64,000 nucleotides of DNA from the human T2T-CHM13v2.0 reference genome, Homo sapiens. Shown one piece after another: positions 61,291 to 64,000 of the stretch (position 1 is the stretch's first letter; each line of letters begins with the position of its first letter). The DNA is taken from the NCBI GenBank assembly GCA_009914755.4, contig CP068257.2, forward strand, positions 22,176,001-22,240,000. The letters run 5' to 3'. A program made the position numbers and the translations under genes. The notes below the pieces were generated by a model, which saw only the letters and a program-made list of their open reading frames with translations, ran no database searches and was not told the origin of the DNA.

Positions 61291-62689
61291 TAAATTGATG
61301 GTACTGATTACATGAACTTGATTTTTTTGTATTATTATTACTGAGATTGAAAAACAAAATAAATGCTAAATAGAAGCCCAATATAATCTAAGGATTCAAA
61401 GTGAAAAAATATCAGATATGCTTTTCTCCCACTCTCCTCTACTTTGCCATTTTGGCATACAAAACAGCTCTCTTAATTCGGTTTTGTTTGGTTTTCATGG
61501 TTGAAATGCTAAGATCAGAGGGTTAAGAAAGTTAAAATACAAGAAGGTATATAAGTAGAATATCTAAGATCAAGGAAATAAGCAATATATCCTTGAATTG
61601 ATTGTGATGAATTTTTAAGATTAGAGTTGTTTAAATTTACAGAAAAGTTGCAAGGATACTGTGGAGAGTTTTACCATACACCTCACCCAGAGTCTCATAT
61701 TGTTAAAATCTTACATGAATTATTACAGAGCATTTGTCATGACTAAAAACTCAACATTAGTACGATAATATCAATGTAGTCTACACTTACTTTGGATTTG
61801 ACCATTTTACTAGTTTTCCCTTAATGACTGTTTTCTATTCCAGGGTACTCTCAGGAAAACCCATCATCCTTAGATTTCATATATTTGTATTTTCTTCTGG
61901 TCTGTAACCATTTCTCAGACTTTCTTGACTTTTACAGTTTTGAGGTTCCTGGTCAGATATTTTGTAGAGCAATCCTCAATGTGGGTTCTTTCCATGTTTC
62001 TCTCCTGTTCAGACTGCTGTTATGGGTTTGGGGGACCAATGCCACAGAGGTGACGTGCCCTTCTTGTCACATCCAATCAGGCGTGCTTGCTATCACTATG
62101 ACTTATGACTGATGGTGTTAGTCTTTATTACTTGGCAAAGGTCGTGACTGATTTAAAAGACTTGCTAATACCTGCTTGGGAAACATTTTATCTGAGGAAA
62201 TAGGCAAAGTTGTTCTACCAATTATTTAGGTATTTTTAAGCCAACTTTGGTTTTAAATAACCTATTAGGTCTTCAGGTTTAGCTATTTTTAATACCTTAA
62301 AATTATTAAGATTTTTATATTATGTTTGTTCTTACAATAAAGGTTGTATTGGGGGTAGGAAATCATGTGAATAATTCTTCAGCATTAACTATTGAATATT
62401 ATGTTGTTTCCATGGATAAAGTTTTACATATAAATGTCTAATATAAGGTATTAGCAATGTTAGTTGCATCTATCTTAGTAATGTTATGTTTTATTTATTT
62501 TAATGAATAAACTTGCTATATACCATTAGTAGGCTTTCATTTCAGAGAGGCAGTAGTGTATAAGAGGTTTAAATGTCAGAATTTAAATCTAATTTACTTA
62601 AATCCAATCCTTACTATCTATGACTTACTAACTATGAGATCTTGGGCAGGTCCGTTAATTTATCTGAGTGTATTAGTCACGGTTCTCTA

Positions 62690-63090
62690 TAGAAACAGAA
62701 CCAATAGTATATAAAAATATAGATTGATTGATAGAGATACGTAAGAGAGAATTTATTACGGGAATTGGCTCACATGCATATGGAGGCTGAGAAGTCCCAT
62801 AAGCTGCTTCTGCAAGCTGAAAAACCGGAAAAGCCGGTGGTGTAATTTAAGTCCAAATCTGAAGGCCTTAGAACCAGGGGAGCTGATGATGTAACATCCA
62901 GTACAGGCCAAAGGCCTAAAAACCCGGGGGCTGCTGGTGTAAATCCTAGATTGCAGAGGTCCAAGAACCAGTGGCTCCAATGCCCAATGGTGGGAAATGT
63001 ATGTCCCATTTTCAGAAGAGACAGAATGAATTTAACCTTCCTCCACCTTTTTGTTCTAGTCTGCCTTCAACAGTTGGAAGATGCCCATCC
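62690..63090 (+). mobile_element. Ancient LTR-like interspersed repeat of unidentified family
   Basis: Begins tgtattagtcacggttctctatagaaacagaaccaatag and contains ggaattggctcacatgcatatggaggctgagaagtcccataagctgc, ccggtggtgtaatttaagtccaaatctgaaggcc, ttcctccacctttttgttctagtctgccttcaacagttggaagatgcccatccacactggggagggtgga, a block set I recall from a common mammalian LTR consensus. Confidence 0.3.
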
Positions 63091-63104
63091 ACACTGGGGA
63101 GGGT

Positions 63105-63199
63105 GGATTTTTTTTTTTTTTTTTTTTTGAGATGGAGTCTTACTCTGTTGCCAGGCTGAGGTACAGTGGTGAGATCTCGGCTCACGCAACCTCCGGCTC

Positions 63200-63200
<1 letters not shown>
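63105..63200 (-). mobile_element. Alu right-arm fragment, antisense, about 95 bp including poly(T)
   Basis: ttttttttttttttttttttttgagatggagtcttactctgttgccaggctgaggtacagtggtgagatctcggctcacgcaacctcc. Confidence 0.85.
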
Positions 63201-63551
<351 letters not shown>

Positions 63552-64000
63552 TTACTGCATTCTTAAGCATATAGATTTTTAAAATAAATTAGGATTAGTC
63601 AGACATCTTTAATCTTGTGACTGCTTTGGTTATCCTTTTTTTTTGTTTTTCCTTTACACTTTGGTAGAAATAGATTTGACACAAAGTAAGTTGTGAAAGC
63701 ATGTGGCCATTGCTTTCTCAGGAAAGTTAGATAAAAATAACCTGAATACTTTATAGGAATAGGGTAATAAATGCAGCTGCAGTCTTAAAATAGTGCACAT
63801 TGCATTTCTGAGCTGTATGTATTCTACTTCTTAAATATGCCTATTAGTTATTATGTAAGTTAGAAAAACAGTAAGCAAAATGCGGCATTGAAAACAGCAT
63901 AAATTCAAAAGAGTGCAAACTATGGCAATCTACTATAAATGGTAAATAGGGGAATTAATCTTGCTAGTTGGTCATAAGGGTGCTATTTCCAGTGTGCCCT

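Overview
This window reads as primate (almost certainly human) AT-rich, gene-poor intergenic or intronic DNA, and nothing in it supports a novel biological system. I found no credible protein-coding exon, no rRNA/tRNA/snRNA-like sequence, and no prokaryotic-style features such as operons, RBSs or CRISPR arrays. Every long ORF in the six-frame track lies inside a repeat: Alu-derived pseudo-peptides, a low-complexity AT-rich stretch, LTR sequence, or a GC-rich segment with no codon structure.

The window is a mosaic of interspersed repeats:
- about 27 full or near-full Alu SINEs plus several fragments (roughly 13% of the window), many with recognisable target-site duplications;
- at least four LINE-1 3' fragments, two of them pierced by later Alu or LTR insertions;
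- a full-length THE1/MST-class MaLR retroelement with both LTRs (25924-28679), two THE1-type solo LTRs, an LTR12 (HERV9-type) solo LTR, several older MLT1-like MaLR LTR fragments, and a MADE1 mariner MITE;
- many microsatellites and low-complexity tracts.

The observations most worth checking are:
- an LTR-internal-LTR element with roughly 97% identical 440-bp LTRs whose family I could not name (50966-52995);
- a nested inverted-repeat and hairpin structure flanking a tandem Alu pair next to a 115-bp pure polypyrimidine tract (49026-50090);
- an ultra-short L1 3' insertion with a perfect 15-bp TSD and a possible 3' transduction (37196-37345);
- a CpG-retaining non-repeat segment (56960-57420).

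All family assignments come from recalled consensus sequences and by-eye alignment. No RepeatMasker, Dfam or BLAST search was run, so boundaries are approximate (about +/-10 bp for Alus, +/-50-100 bp for older elements).
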